This document shows positions 1 to 12,475 of a stretch of 64,000 nucleotides of DNA, piece by piece. The notes beneath the pieces are model-generated. The model did no database searches. It was not told the DNA's origin and saw only the letters and a list, made by a program, of their open reading frames with translations. The first letter of the stretch is position 1, and each line of letters starts with the position of its first letter. The stretch lies in contig CM126221.1 in assembly GCA_052327205.1 (NCBI GenBank), positions 24,738,001 to 24,802,000 on the forward strand, written 5' to 3'. The position numbers and the translations under genes are program-made. Source of the DNA: Somniosus microcephalus. Lineage: Eukaryota.

Positions 1-466
1 GGGGCTTGTTTTTTAAAAAAAATTGTTATGTTTCCCATTTTAATGAAGATTATTGGAAGTGGGGAGACTTCTTTTACACTCCCCATTATGTCACACGAGC
101 TGCCATGCATACCTCCCCATGAGCAGACAATTTGCTGTCTTGGAAATCCCTGAAGCAAGGATTAAGAACGAAATTGAGATGGTTGAGATCCATCACCAGT
201 AAGGAGATGGTGTAAACACGCTGCTCTGTGACTGAATACAGATGCACACTATTCAGGTCAACGTATCTTGCTGTTGGCCATTGCGACAGTGGGATCAAAC
301 AAGCAGCTCTTCCCACTTCCGTGGCCTGTTGCACTGTTAAGCATTTAAATAGGACAGGTTGGCAATGTGGTGCAGGGATGACGGGTAACAGTTGTGGTTG
401 AGCTGCTGTAAACTTGGTAGAACAATTGCGTTGTACAAATTCAAAAAAACAAGTTTCTAATCTTAA

Positions 467-1087
467 TTGAAGGGACAGAGGGATTTGGATGGTGAGGAGA
501 GGTTGTGTAAATTGGGCATGTTCTCACTGGAAAAGAGAAGGTTGAGCGTTGGTGTGATTGCTGTTTTTCGGATGCTAAAGGCACTGGATAATGTAAACCA
601 TGAAAAGCTGTTTCACCCTGTCCAGAACAGTAGAACCAGAGGACACGGCCTCCGCTTGAAGGGGGTAAATTGTAAATTCAAAACTAAACTGCAGAAACAA
701 TATATCGGTGATCGAGTGGTCAATCTATGGAACAGGCTCCCTACGGAGGCAGTGGAAGCAGTTAGTATTGATTCATTTGAATGAAAATTAGATTTCTTTT
801 AGAAAATAACATTTTGGGATACAGTGTATGAGTAATTTGAGACATGATGTGGTAAATGTAGCGTGCTTGGGAGGAACAGGTGACTTTGGACCTATGGTTC
901 CCAAAGCTCTCCACCACTGGGGGTTTTCCTCGTGTCGTGTCTGGGCCTGTTGTAGACTAATTGATAGAGATTGGTCGCTGTGATTAGTCAACAACTCCAC
1001 AATCATTGTATCCTGTGACAACCAGGATGGTGGAAGGTAAACTAGAAAGACCTTGGTCTTTTTTCGTCTAGCATTTCCCATGTTCCT
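467..1087 (+). mobile_element. CR1-type LINE 3' fragment
   Basis: ORF 467-784 has the CR1 ORF2 C-terminal motifs LGMFSLEKRRL, SRTRGH and VVNLWNRLP, followed by a 3' UTR. Ends approximate. Confidence 0.8.
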
Positions 1088-2544
1088 ACTTTATTCTGTT
1101 GAATTACTTAATAATTTCAAAGTGTTACAAAAGGGAGATGTCCATCCATCTACCTGGGTCGTCCCATCAGCCATTACGAGCGTACGCAAACGACAGGAAA
1201 AGATCAACTGGCCCATCCAGATATGATGCAGCTTACGTGCACCATCTGTGTATAAATGCAAGGCTGTCTTTCTCTCTCGCTCTCTAGCCTTGATAACGCG
1301 GGGTGGGATCAGTTCGTGGGGGTGGTGGGTGGGGGTTGTACGAAACAGGCAGCGAACCCCGAGGTGAAAACCACCCGTGCCTCACGCTGCCTATGTCAGG
1401 ACAGTTGACTGCCGCAAGATGAATGCATCATGGCATTTGTCCGAAGAGTGGGCAGAGACTTGCATGATGCATGGTGTGGTCACATCCAAGCTGAACGTCG
1501 ATGGAATGAAACCCCTTGAGGCTCACGACAGCTCATGGCTATTCCTGAGGTGCCCTGACGGCAACATGAGTTCAGTCAATCACACCCTGGTCGAAGCGGG
1601 CTAAAATTGGGCATACTCTCTCTCTCGCCTTTTTTCTTTCTTTCTGCCTGTCCGGCTTTCTTCCTGTCTGTCTGTCCTTTATCAGATTTGTTGTTAACTG
1701 ACAATTTGGAAGCACTAACAGGGGGCAAGTGCGAAACAGTGTTCAGATATCTCTCTTGATGATGACTGGGAATCATTAGGGAACTCAGTGGGACTCTGCC
1801 TTTAACTTGGTTTCATAGTAATCCGTAACTTAACAAATTATGGTCTAAACCAGCTCTGTGAATTATGGACACAACAAGCTGCACAGAGATGAGCACAAAA
1901 AATTAAAATAGATTTTTTTTTTTACCCCATTGCCTAAATCATTACTAGAAGCTGTAATAAGCATCAAATTGAATCATTAGTGATGTGTATTGTACGTATG
2001 CCCATTAAAAGCAAAAATACATCAGTTTGCATTTTAATAAGATTTTCTTCGAGTCAGTTCGCTCTGCAAATGGATGTTATGTAGCAAATCAAGACAATTT
2101 GAAGCCTTGTTAACTTTCATCTTCAAAAGGCAGACTAGAGACCGTGTTATGTGGTTTTCTTCAACACCAAATGAATTGTTAGAGAATTGCTTTTTCTAGA
2201 GTTTGCACAATAAATAAAAAAATACATGTGGAAAGGAGATTGTTTCTCAAAATATAATATATTTTTAAAAAAGAGCTGCACTAATATATCATCTCACAGA
2301 AACCTCATGAACATTTCACACAGCAGAATACTTTTGAAGTTGGCCCAAGATGCTAATCATTTCGTCATGTCGGCAAACGCAGCAGCTGTATTTTCGCACA
2401 GCGCAATCCCACAGTGGAATTCTCTGCCTCAAACCGTTGTTGAAGCAGGGCTCATAAATCCCTTTCAAGCAGTTGCTTGAAAGTATGAATCTCGAAAGAG
2501 TAATACGGTTCGCGCGGGAGAACGCGGTTAAACTAAGTGGCTCA

Positions 2545-3046
2545 GTGGAGTAAAACAATCGAGGAACAGCACCTCATCTTTCGATTAGGCACTCTACAGC
2601 CCTCTGGGCTCAACATAGAGTTCAACCATTTCAGATCATAACCTCGGCTCCTATCATATATATATATTTTTTTAATCCACACTTTCGTCTGGGCTTTTTT
2701 CTTCCCTCCCACATGGCAGCTGTCCTTCATTCTGCCAGGGCCATTCACACTTCATCCAGAGCCATCCTTTATCCCTTGAATATCTCTCAATGTCTCTTAA
2801 TCTCTCCTGCTTTCTATCCTGTCGCTGACCTTCCCTTTTGTTCTTTCATCCCCCCCGCCTTTTCCCAGCTCCCACTTGCTTTAAAATCTATCCCCATTCC
2901 TGTCTTTTTCCAGCTCTGACGAAAGGTCTTCGACCTGAAACGTTAACTCTGTTTCTCTCTCCACGGATGTTGCCTGACCTGCTGAGTTTTTCCAGCATTT
3001 TCTGTTGTTATTTCGGATTTCCAGCATCCGCAGTATTTTGCTATTG
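2545..3046 (+). mobile_element. Penelope-like element 3' fragment (GIY-YIG C-terminus plus pseudo-LTR tail)
   Basis: From 2561 it reads EEQHLIFRLGTLQPSGLNIEFNHFRS*, a typical PLE C-terminus. A pyrimidine-rich tail and a CTGACGA...GAAAC motif follow. Confidence 0.75.
2911..2950 (+). ncRNA. Minimal type I hammerhead ribozyme-like motif in the Penelope tail
   Basis: CTGACGA (2916-2922), helix II AGGTC/GACCT (2924-2936), GAAA (2937-2940), then CGTT. The short helix I (AGCT/AACT) has one mismatch. Confidence 0.5.
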
Positions 3047-3105
3047 TATGTGTAAAACAATGGCACTGACTTGATGGGCCAAATGGCCTGTTTCTGTGCT
3101 GTGAA

Positions 3106-3410
3106 ATAGCAATGAGGTGCATGACCAGATATTTGTGTGTGTGTGTGGCGGTGGGGGGGGTTGGTGTTGGTTGATGGAGAAATGATTGCCAGAACTCCAG
3201 GATAGCTCCTTGCTTTTCTTAGAATAGTGCTGTGGGATGTTTACTAGCCATCAGAACAACGAGACAGCACCTCCCAGAATGCAGCATTCCATTTCGGTGC
3301 GACACAGGAATGTTGAGCTCAGCGATGTGCTCGAGCTCTGGAGAAGGGTTTGAATTTGTAACCATATGACTCAGTGGGCAAGAGTGTGCTCTACTGATCC
3401 AACCTGGCAC
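3106..3410 (-). mobile_element. Degraded Deu-SINE copy
   Basis: Diverged version of the adjacent 3442-3893 SINE, with the same block order. Confidence 0.55.
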
Positions 3411-3441
3411 TTTACTGTGCGCTTATATTTTGGCCTTTTGT

Positions 3442-3893
3442 AAAGAAAGAAAGACTTGCATTTATATAGCGCCTTTCGTGGCCTCATCACGTCCCAAAGT
3501 GCTTCACAGCCAATGAAGTACTTTTGAAGTGGAGTCACTGTTGTAATGCAGGAAACGCGACAGCCAATTTGTGCACAGCAAGCTCCCACAAACAGCAATG
3601 AGATAATGACCAAATAATCTGTTGTGGTGATGTTGGTTGCGGGATAAATACTGGCCAGGACACCGGGGAGAACTCCCCTGCTCCTCTTTTAAATAGTACG
3701 ATGGAATCTTTTATGTGCAGCCGATAGGGCAGACAGGACCTCAATTTAACATCTCATCTGAAAGACGGCACCTCCCGACAGAGCAACACTGAAGTGTCAG
3801 CCTGGATTATGTGCTCATGTCTCTGGAGTGGGACTTAGACCCACAACTTTCTGACTCGGAGGCGAGGGCGCTACCGCCCGAGCCACGGCTGGC
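3442..3893 (-). mobile_element. tRNA-derived Deu-SINE (SacSINE1-like)
   Basis: The minus strand begins with a tRNA-like head (A/B-box-like), then a central domain and an L2-like tail. A second copy lies at 34603-35412. Confidence 0.75.
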
Positions 3894-4137
3894 GCCCTCT
3901 CTCCTCGCACTCTCCCCACTCACAAAAACATGGCCTTCTCCTCACAGCTTGTTTCAGTAGAGATGGTAAGAAGGTGGAGGACACTGAGTTCTCCATGGTA
4001 ACAGTGCTTGCCGATCGGTGGAAAAGGTGTGTTTCTTGTGGTGATCAGCAATACCATTTCCCACCTGTGCCAGTTTCCCTTTGGTGAGGCACTCCCACCT
4101 AGTGGCCTGGAACAACAACCGCTGCCATCGTCACAAG

Positions 4138-4558
4138 GAGATATTAAGAACAGGCCATTCGGCCCTTCGAGCCTGCTCCGCCATTCAATGAGAGCAGGAC
4201 TGATCATCTGCCTCAGTTCCATTCACCGGCCTTATCGCCATATCCCTTGATGCCCATACTGGTCAGAAATCTATCGACTTCTGTTTTGAATATACCCAAT
4301 GACTGAGCCTCCACAGCCCTCTGGGGTAAAGAATTCCAAAGATTCACCACCTTCTGTGTGAAGAAATTTCTTCTCATCTCAGTCCTGAATGGCCTACCCT
4401 TTATCCTGAGGCTGTGGCCCCTGGTTCTAGACTCCCCAGCCAAGGGAAACATTCTCCCAGCATCCACCCTATCAAGCCCTGTAATAATTTTGTATGCTTC
4501 AACGAGATCCCCTCTCATTCTTCTGAATTCAAGAGAATACAGGCCTAGTTTACTCAGT
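4138..4558 (-). mobile_element. CR1 LINE 3' fragment
   Basis: ORF 4213-4518: MRGDLVEAYKI...SRTRGHSLRIKG...VVNLWNSLP. Confidence 0.9.
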
Positions 4559-4737
4559 TAAGGGAGGTGACAGGTAGGCTTTAAGGAGCTTCTTAAAGGA
4601 GGAAAGCGAGGTGGAGAGATTTAGGGAAGGACTTCCAGAGCCGCCAAAGGTGGAGCCATTAAAATAGGGAATTCTCAAGAGGCCAGAATTGGAGGAGCGC
4701 AGATATCTCGAAGGGTTGTAGGGCTGGAGGAGGTTAC

Positions 4738-7700
4738 TGTTATGTTCATAAATAAATAGACGTTTTCATTATGAACAGCTAGCTTGAGCTAGTCATTTAT
4801 TCAGCCATGTGGACTAGTGTACAGGCATCCATCTTGACTACTGCCTTGTGGGTAGCCCACTACTAAACATACAACTCCACCTAGTGTACCATTCTAGAAT
4901 GACATGTTACTGATCATTACATCCCCCTTCCTTAGAGGTTAAACAAAATCAATATCAATCAATCATAACGACATAAACATCTTCACAACAGTCAACACAT
5001 TTTCAAAGCTTTACTTTATGAACTCTAAGCTTTTCATTCTTTTATTATAGTTTTCTTTATACTCAAAGATTAAGTCTATCAGGCTTTTTTACTTCACGTG
5101 TGGATTTTCTCAGCACAGGTAAGTCTGATATGTTTTCATGAGAGCCTGTATGTGTGTTTGTGTTAGATTGCTCTGGTGGTGAGTGACAAGATTCAGTTGC
5201 GGCATTGTCATCGATTTGCTCTTGGATAGTTTCTTGTGTTTTCAGGAGGGAACGGCGGTTCCTCCTGAGAATCTGTCCTTCCTCAGTTCTAACAGTGTAT
5301 GACCTTGGTCCTACTTCCTCAAGAACTGTAGCTTTCCTGTTCCATGCATCTGGATCGTCAATCCTGACAACATCATCCCTTGTCAATGGTTTCAGACTTT
5401 TGGATGTCATAGTGTGATTTCTGTTTCAGCTTTAACAGTTGAAGTCTCTGTCTCAGTTCCTTACTCTGCTTTTCTTTTACACAGCAGGGCAGCATGGTGC
5501 GCAACTTGCGATCCATTAGGAGCTCAGCAGGTGAAGAACCACAGTCTAAAGGGGAGGCTCGGTAGCTCAGCAGGGCGAGATAAGGATCAGACTTGCTTTC
5601 TGTTGCTTTCTTCAGTAGCTGTTTGAGAACTTGAACACCTTTCTCTGCCTTACCATTCGACTGAGCATACAGAGGACTGGATGTGATGTGTTGAAAGTCA
5701 TAATGTGCTGCAAACTGTTGCCACTCCTTACAGTTGAAGCACGGACCATTGTCGCTAACGGCAATCCTGGGAATTCCATGTCTGGCGAAGATGGATTTAA
5801 CATGCATTATGACACTGCTTGCTGATGTGCTTGAGAGCAGTGCCATCTCAGGATAGTTAGAATAGTAGTCAATCACTGTTAGATAGTCTTTACCATTCAA
5901 ATGAAAAAGGTCCATACCAACCTTTTGCCATGGTGCTGTTGGTAAGTCAGCTACTATCATTGGTTCCTTTGCTTGTTTGCTTTGGTGCTTCTGACATGTC
6001 TCACATATGCCTATCATGTTCTCAATGTCCTTATTTATGCCAGACCAATAAACAGTGTCTCTTGCTCTCCTTTTTCATTTTTCAATTCGGAGGTGTCCCT
6101 CATGAATCCTTTTGAGCATGTCTCGACGTAGAGCCTGTGGAATGACTATTCTGTTCTGTTTTAGTAATAGTCCACTTGCGACACTCAACTCTGACCTAAT
6201 GTGATAGTACTTTGGACAGGAACCTTTTGGCCAACCATGATGAATGTTCTCTATTACTGTTTGTAACACTGTATCTTTTACTGTTTCTTCTGCTATTTGC
6301 TTTGATTTTGTGTCTGACACGGGCAGCGCAGCAGTGACCATACTCACATGAACATCCACGTCTTCCTCAGTAGAGCTCACATGACTCATTGTGGGTGCTC
6401 GGGATATTGCATCTGCTAACACTATGTGTTTGCCTGGTGTGTAGATCAGTTCAAAGTCATATCTTTGCAGCTTCATCATGAGTCGTTGAATCCTTGGAGA
6501 CATCTCATTCAGATTTTTTTTTATGATGGCAACCAGTGGGCAGTGGTCTGTCTCAACTGTGAAGGTGGGAAGTCCATATATGTAGCCATGGAACTTTTCT
6601 AGTCCAACTACCAAGCCTAGACATTCCTTTTCAATCTGGGTGTATCGACACTCAGAATCAGTCATAGACCTGGAGGCATAGGCAACAGGCTTCCAATCTT
6701 CACCCTCTGCTTGTAGCAAGACTGCGCCTAGGACATCTTTTGATGCATCCATTGACACTTTGATTCTCTTTGTTGGTTCAAAGAAGGTGAGTACAGGTGT
6801 GGTTGTCAGCAGTGTTTTGAGGTTCATCCACTCTTGTTCATGTCTTTCTGTCCATGCGAACTCATTTGTTTTATATAGCAGGTCTCGCAGACAGGCTGTC
6901 TTGGCTGACAAGTTAGGAACGAACTTTCCAATGAAGTTTATCATCCCCATGATGCGTAGCACTCCTTTTTTGTCAGTGGGTCAGGGCATTTTGAGTATGG
7001 CGTTTACTTTTTCCATATCTGGCTCTATTCCTTTACCAGATAGATTATCTCCTAGGAAAGTGACTTCCTGGACGCCAAACTGACACTTGGCTTTGTTGAG
7101 CTTCAGTCCTTTCCGGTGTATGCTCTGTAGCACTTTAGTCAGTCTCTCATTGTGTTCTTTCAGTGTGGAGCCCCAGATGATGATGTCATCAACATAGACC
7201 CGAACTCCTTCCAGACCTTCAATTATGTGTTCCTTCGCTCTATGAAAGATTTCAGATGCAGATATTATCCCGAAAGGCATTCTGAGGAAACAATACCTGC
7301 CAAATGGTGTGTTGAAGGTACAGTATTTGGTGCTCTCTTCATCCAGTTTTAGTTGCCAAAATCCTTGTGAGGCATCGAGCTTTGTGAAGTATCTGGCACC
7401 TGACATTTCACTGGTGATTTCTTCTCGCTTGGGAATCTGGTAGTGTTCACGTTTTATGTTTGCATTTAAGTCCTTTGGATCCATGCATACTCTTAGCTCA
7501 TTGTTCTTTTTCTTTACACATACCATGGAGTTAACCCAGTCTGTTGGCTCTTCGACTTTCCTGATGACTCCTAGTGTGGTCATTCTGCTCAGTTCTTTCT
7601 TGAGCCGGTCATGCAGGTGTGCTGGAACTCTCTGTGGAGCATGTACCACTGGCTGAGCATCCTCCTTTAGCTGGATCTTGTAAGTGAATGGTAGAACTCC

Positions 7701-9215
7701 AAATCCTTTGAACACATCCTGGAAATTACTCACTACAGAATCCACCGAGTAGACTCTCTTGACCAGTTCTAAGTCCTCACAAGCTTTGTCACCTAGTAGT
7801 GAATCAAGTGCTTCAGCAACAACAGAAAGCATGAGATGATGCACTTTGTCTTTGACTGTCTCTTTAAGTCTGCATACACCTAAGCTATCTATTTTCTGTC
7901 CATTATAGTTCTTCAGTAGTACTGACTTTTTCTGTATTTTGGGCTTTTCTTTCATATTTTTAATGTCACTCATACTGATTAAGTTTGCTTTTGCCCCAGT
8001 GTCTAGTTTCAATGTAACTAATGCTCCATTTACCTGCAGTGGGATCATCCATTTGTCCTCTTTTACTGCATTAACTTTATGTTCAGAATTGTCCATTCCT
8101 GAGGGCTGCACATTTTCTGTATCCTTTTCGATATTGTCACATGACACCATTCCTACAAAAAAGTCTCACTTAAATCAGTGTCCTCAATCACATTAACTTG
8201 TTGCTCTTTCTTTGTTTTTACTTTTGAAAAGCATTGTTTGGCAAAGTGATCCTTTCCATTACATTTTGTGCACATTTTCCCAAACGCAGGGCATTGTCTT
8301 GACTGGTGCTGGTAACCACAACGTTTACAATTAAAAATTCCATCCTCCGATTGCTTTGCATTTCTGTTCTGCCCACGTTTCTTCCCCTTGTAGGACACAG
8401 CACCGACAGCAGCACAGTCACTCATTATTGTCGCATTATTATTAATTTCACCGAAAGTCTTTGCGTGCTGTTGAGCTAGCTTACTGGCATGACATATTTT
8501 CACAGCATCCTCCAATGTTAGTTCGGTTTCTCGCAACAAACGTTCCCTGACCTTTTTATCATTAATACCGAACACAATCTGGCCACGAATCATGGATGAT
8601 TTCAGTTCAGAGAAATCACATGTCTGTGCTTTCAGTTTCAGATCGGTCACAAAGCTATCAAAAGTCTCATTTTGCTGCTGTGTCCGTGAACGGAACACGT
8701 ACCTCTCATAGTTCTCGTTCTTTTTGGGAGAACAATGTGTATCAAACTTCTTTAGCACATCGTCCATTTTTTCTCTGTCCTCCTCTTGATCAAATACAAA
8801 CGTATTAAATACCTCTATCACCTGCGGGCCTGCAACCGTGAGCAGTAACGCTATTTTCCTTGCGTCTGGCTTTGTACCGAACCCGATGGCAGCAATGTAG
8901 AGTTCGAATTGTTGTTTGAAAGTCTGCCAATTGCAGTTGACATTCCCCGTGAGTTTCAAACCCTCTGGTGGCTTCAAATTCTCCATGTCGCGTTTCACAA
9001 TATTCAGCAGATATTACCAATCCTGGTACCATGTTATGTTCATAAATAAATAGATGTTTTCATTATGAACAGCTAGCTTGAGCTAGTCATTTATTCAGCC
9101 ATGTGGACTAGTTTACTGGCATCCATCTTGACTACTGCCTTGTGGGTAGCCCACCACTAAATATACAGCTCCACCTAGTGTACCATTCTAGAATGACATG
9201 TTACTGATCATTACA
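4738..9215 (-). mobile_element. Full-length Gypsy (Mag-like) LTR retrotransposon, decayed
   Basis: 184-bp TG..CA LTRs at 4738-4921 and 9032-9215 with 6 differences. 5-bp TSD GTTAC (4733-4737, 9216-9220). PBS TGGTACCAGGA (tRNA-Leu type) at 9021-9031. PPT at about 4922-4938. Confidence 0.97.
5063..8986 (-). pseudogene. Disrupted gag-pol of the Gypsy element
   Basis: Gag with two Zn knuckles, protease LDTGA, RT YVDD, RNase H DAS and integrase (MDLF, SDNG, KAEK). Split into 5 ORF pieces by stops and frameshifts. Confidence 0.93.
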
Positions 9216-10174
9216 GTTACAGAGATGGGGAGGAACAAGGCCATGGAGAGATTTGAAAACAAGGATGAGAATTTTAAAATTCCGGTGTTGCTTAACTGGG
9301 AGCCAATGTAGATCAGCGAGCACAGGAGTGATGGGTGAACAGGACTTGGTGCACGTTAGGATACAGGCAGCAGAGTTTTGGATGAGCTTAAGTTTATGTA
9401 GGGTGGAAGATGGGAGGCCGGCAAGGAGTGCATTGGAATAGTTGAGTCTAGAGATAACAAGGGCATGAGTGAGGGTTTAAGCAACAGATAAGCTGAGGCA
9501 GGGGTGGAGTCGGGCAATCTTGCAGAGTTGGAACTAAGCGGTCTTAGTGATGGCGCAGATATGTGGTCAGAAGCTCATCTCGGGGTCAAATACGACACCA
9601 AGGTTGCAAACAGTCTGGTTCAGCCTCAGACAGTTGCCAGAGAGGATTGGAGTCAGTGGCTAGAGAGCGGAGATTATGGCGGGGAACACAAACAATGGCT
9701 TTGGTCTCCCTAATATTTATTTGGAGGAAATTTCTGCTTATCCAGTACTGGATGACGGACAAACAGTCTGACAATTTAGAGACCGTGGTGAGGTCGAGCT
9801 GGGTGTTGTCAGTGTACACGTGGAACCTGACGTGTTTTCGGATGATGTCACCGAGGAGCAGCTTGTAGATGAGAAATAGGAAGGGGGGGGTGGTAGGGGT
9901 CAAGGATGGAACTGACACATATTTAAGACTTGTCCACCAAGTAGCCCTGGGATTCAAACCTGTAACCTGGATTAGGAAGTTATAACCTACCCAGCTAGGC
10001 CACTAACTAAAAAAGAAGGAACTTCGACTTGCTTCAATAGTACAGTGAAAATTCTCTAAGATCACGTTGGCAGTTCTAATAAAGAAGACCAACTCTTTAC
10101 AGAGACCAGCTAAAATTAGACCCCATAATAAACGTGCAGGCGTTGCTGGAATGTTTGCCCTCACCATTTCCCAG

Positions 10175-10545
10175 TAGATCTCTCAGTAGCTCAACGAGTT
10201 ATTAATCTGAGCCAGACAAAGCGGAAAGTCCCAGATTAGATCCCTGATGTGCGCCGAGTTAGCTGTTCTCGGGCAGGGTGATGGTTTTAGTGACCCAAAG
10301 CTCCGCAGGGACAAATCAGGCAGGATTCCGACAACTAAGCATTATCCAGCAACCCCTGCTGGAAGAACACTTGCACGGACATCGAGTGAGGACAAGATCG
10401 GACTCAGCTGGGATGCCCCCCAGGGTTGGATAGCCTGCCGGCATTCGCCGTCACGGCAATGTAGCAGATGGCAACACAGTGCCCGTGGAACCATAGTCGG
10501 GTAAGGAATCAAGGCCTTCAGGAAAGGAAGGGGAGAGCAAAAAGC
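10175..10545 (+). mobile_element. tRNA-headed SINE resembling UCON3
   Basis: Blocks CTGAGCC..AC, GTCCCAGATT.GATCCC, GAGTTAGCTG.TCTC, ATCCAGCAACCCCTGCTGGAA, GTGAGGACAAGATCGG and CCTTCAGGA were recognised from memory of the consensus. A more degraded copy lies at about 13640-13900. Confidence 0.55.
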
Positions 10546-10660
10546 CAATGAGGAAAAAATGCCTTGGCAAATGTTCTGTGTTTTCAGCAGCTTTACAAAT
10601 TATAATTCTCTTCTCCCCACCCCTTCACCAAACAAAAAACATAGGTTACTAGGTGCAACG

Positions 10661-10972
10661 TGTTGTGCGTGGTGGGATAGCCTGGTTGGAGTCCTGATTC
10701 CAAAATGGTAACCAATAACTGAGGTCGACTCAGGAGATCAATCAAACAGGTCTTTAATGTAAGACTAAACGAGTTCAAACAGTTTGTTGAGATCGATACA
10801 GGAGAACCACGAAAACAAGTCTTAACAAGATGGAGATTCCACGAGGACTGCGCAGGCAGTCACGTGGTTTGCGACATGATGTCATCGCGTTTGCCCGCGT
10901 TGTCCCACGCTCTTAAAGGGGCCACGCCCCGTACATACAAACACTATATACAAAACACAGTAATGTCTAACA
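10661..10972 (-). mobile_element. Solo LTR (312 bp)
   Basis: TGTTG...AACA termini, flanked by CAACG/CAATG (5-bp TSD with a CpG-type change). CpG-rich. ATTAAA on the minus strand. Confidence 0.7.
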
Positions 10973-12366
10973 CAATGGTACCGGCTTAGGCTGGTGTTAG
11001 AACCTTGTTAAAGGGAATTATATACAGTTGCCCAGAGTCATTCAGTGGCTCCGCCACAATGGCAGCATTAAAGAGAGAGCAGACCAGTGAACCTGTCCTC
11101 CAGAGGAACTATTGAATTAAAGTACACAAGGGTTTGGAAAGGTTATGGACATTAATTAACTAAGGTTTTAGTAGTTTTAATTGTAACAAATATAAGCAGT
11201 AATTTTACAATCCTGCAATCCCAGCGGAGATGCTGCATTTGAAGGGGACACAGGTCAGAGGCAGGGCAATAACAGTGCAGCCTCAATCCTCTGATCTGTG
11301 CTTGCTGGGAGGGTGGGATTGCGACATTAACCCAACAGTTCAGTCAGTGAATTTTGCCATCCAAATTGAAATAATACACTGCTAAAAGAAATTACAAACG
11401 TTTGATACCTGTTTGTTTATTTGGCTTATTCATTTCACAAAAATAAGTTTCAAAAAAACCCCATCAGGTTCCAACCTTGAGTTCACAAGACTGACCATCT
11501 GCGGAAACAGAATTAATGTCCATACTTAAGGGTCATTTTATGAGATTGCACTCCTGCCGTGGAGCCTCTTGTTTGCCAGAAACACGCATCAAAAATTCAG
11601 AAACACTGTTTCATAAAATAGTCCTTTAAATTTTGAATATCAAAGTTAATGGCTGTATCTCTTCCATCACTTCTGTTGTCATAATCAGTAACTCATTCAA
11701 ATATAACAGGAGGCCCTTTAAAAATAAAAAAGATTTTTGAGCTTCTTAAGGCGAGGTGTTTCAGTCCTAGGGAATGGAATTGTCATTCAATATTGGTACT
11801 TCCAGGTCAGATGTAGATGTAGTGTAAAACTGCCTCCAGTCAGCCCCTAAACACACCTCAGCTTTAACCTCAGGACAGCATCCTCTTCTCTCCCGCACCT
11901 GAATATCATTTTGCTACTTTCCTCACCAGCCGCCCTAATGGTTTCTCAAAGTGAGATTGCCAGTTCGAGCTGATCTATGGTCCACTTGGTATTGTGGGCC
12001 TGTGCCCATTGGGTTTAGACCTGCTAAAGTCACTTCCCTAAGATTATTTCCAGGCGGAGAGAGAGGAGACTGCCGTCCCATTGATTGGATTTGAACGCAG
12101 ACCCCCCCCAAGGAAGGAAGGAAGGAAGGCAGTGCTCTGACCCGTCCTGCTCCTCTGGTCGTCACTCTCTAATCATCATTTTAGCAGTATAGTTAATTCA
12201 ACAAAAATCAAAGGGTGTTACAGAAACTTTGGCTTTTATCTAAACCAGCTTACCAACGATGAAATTAAAACGAGTGTACTTCCTGAGCTGATACACCATT
12301 TTGTTTATCATAACAATGCCAGTGCATGTTTAACGTACACTTCTGTGCTTTCTATTTTTTTTACAG

Positions 12367-12475
12367 TTGCCATGGCATCCAGCGAGCAAAATCCAGTGAT
12401 TGTCATTGCTGTGGTTTCTGTAGCGGGGCTGATTGTTCTGGTGTCCATGGTCTTCGGATTTATTGTCTGGAGAAG
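12367..12475 (+). CDS. EPHA10: EphA receptor transmembrane exon (EPHA10/EPHA7 group, exon 8 equivalent)
   Basis: Polypyrimidine tract plus ttacag acceptor and AG|gtaaat donor. 109 bp, phase 1 to 2. Encodes [35 protein letters not shown](R), compared with EphA7 [33 protein letters not shown]. The WRR ending favours EPHA10, but the paralog call is tentative. Confidence 0.92.

Larger units (their letters stand above)
4559..9890 (-). mobile_element. L2-type LINE fragment split by a Gypsy insertion (4559-4737 and 9216-9890)
   Basis: The flanks join across the GTTAC duplication and match the L2 copy at 33678-34244 in reverse. RT remnant FHVYTDNTQL is in ORF 9586-9957. Confidence 0.75.

Noticed and set aside
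1-12366. Preceding Eph fibronectin-III exon
   Set aside because: No matching exon was found by eye. It probably lies upstream of the window.
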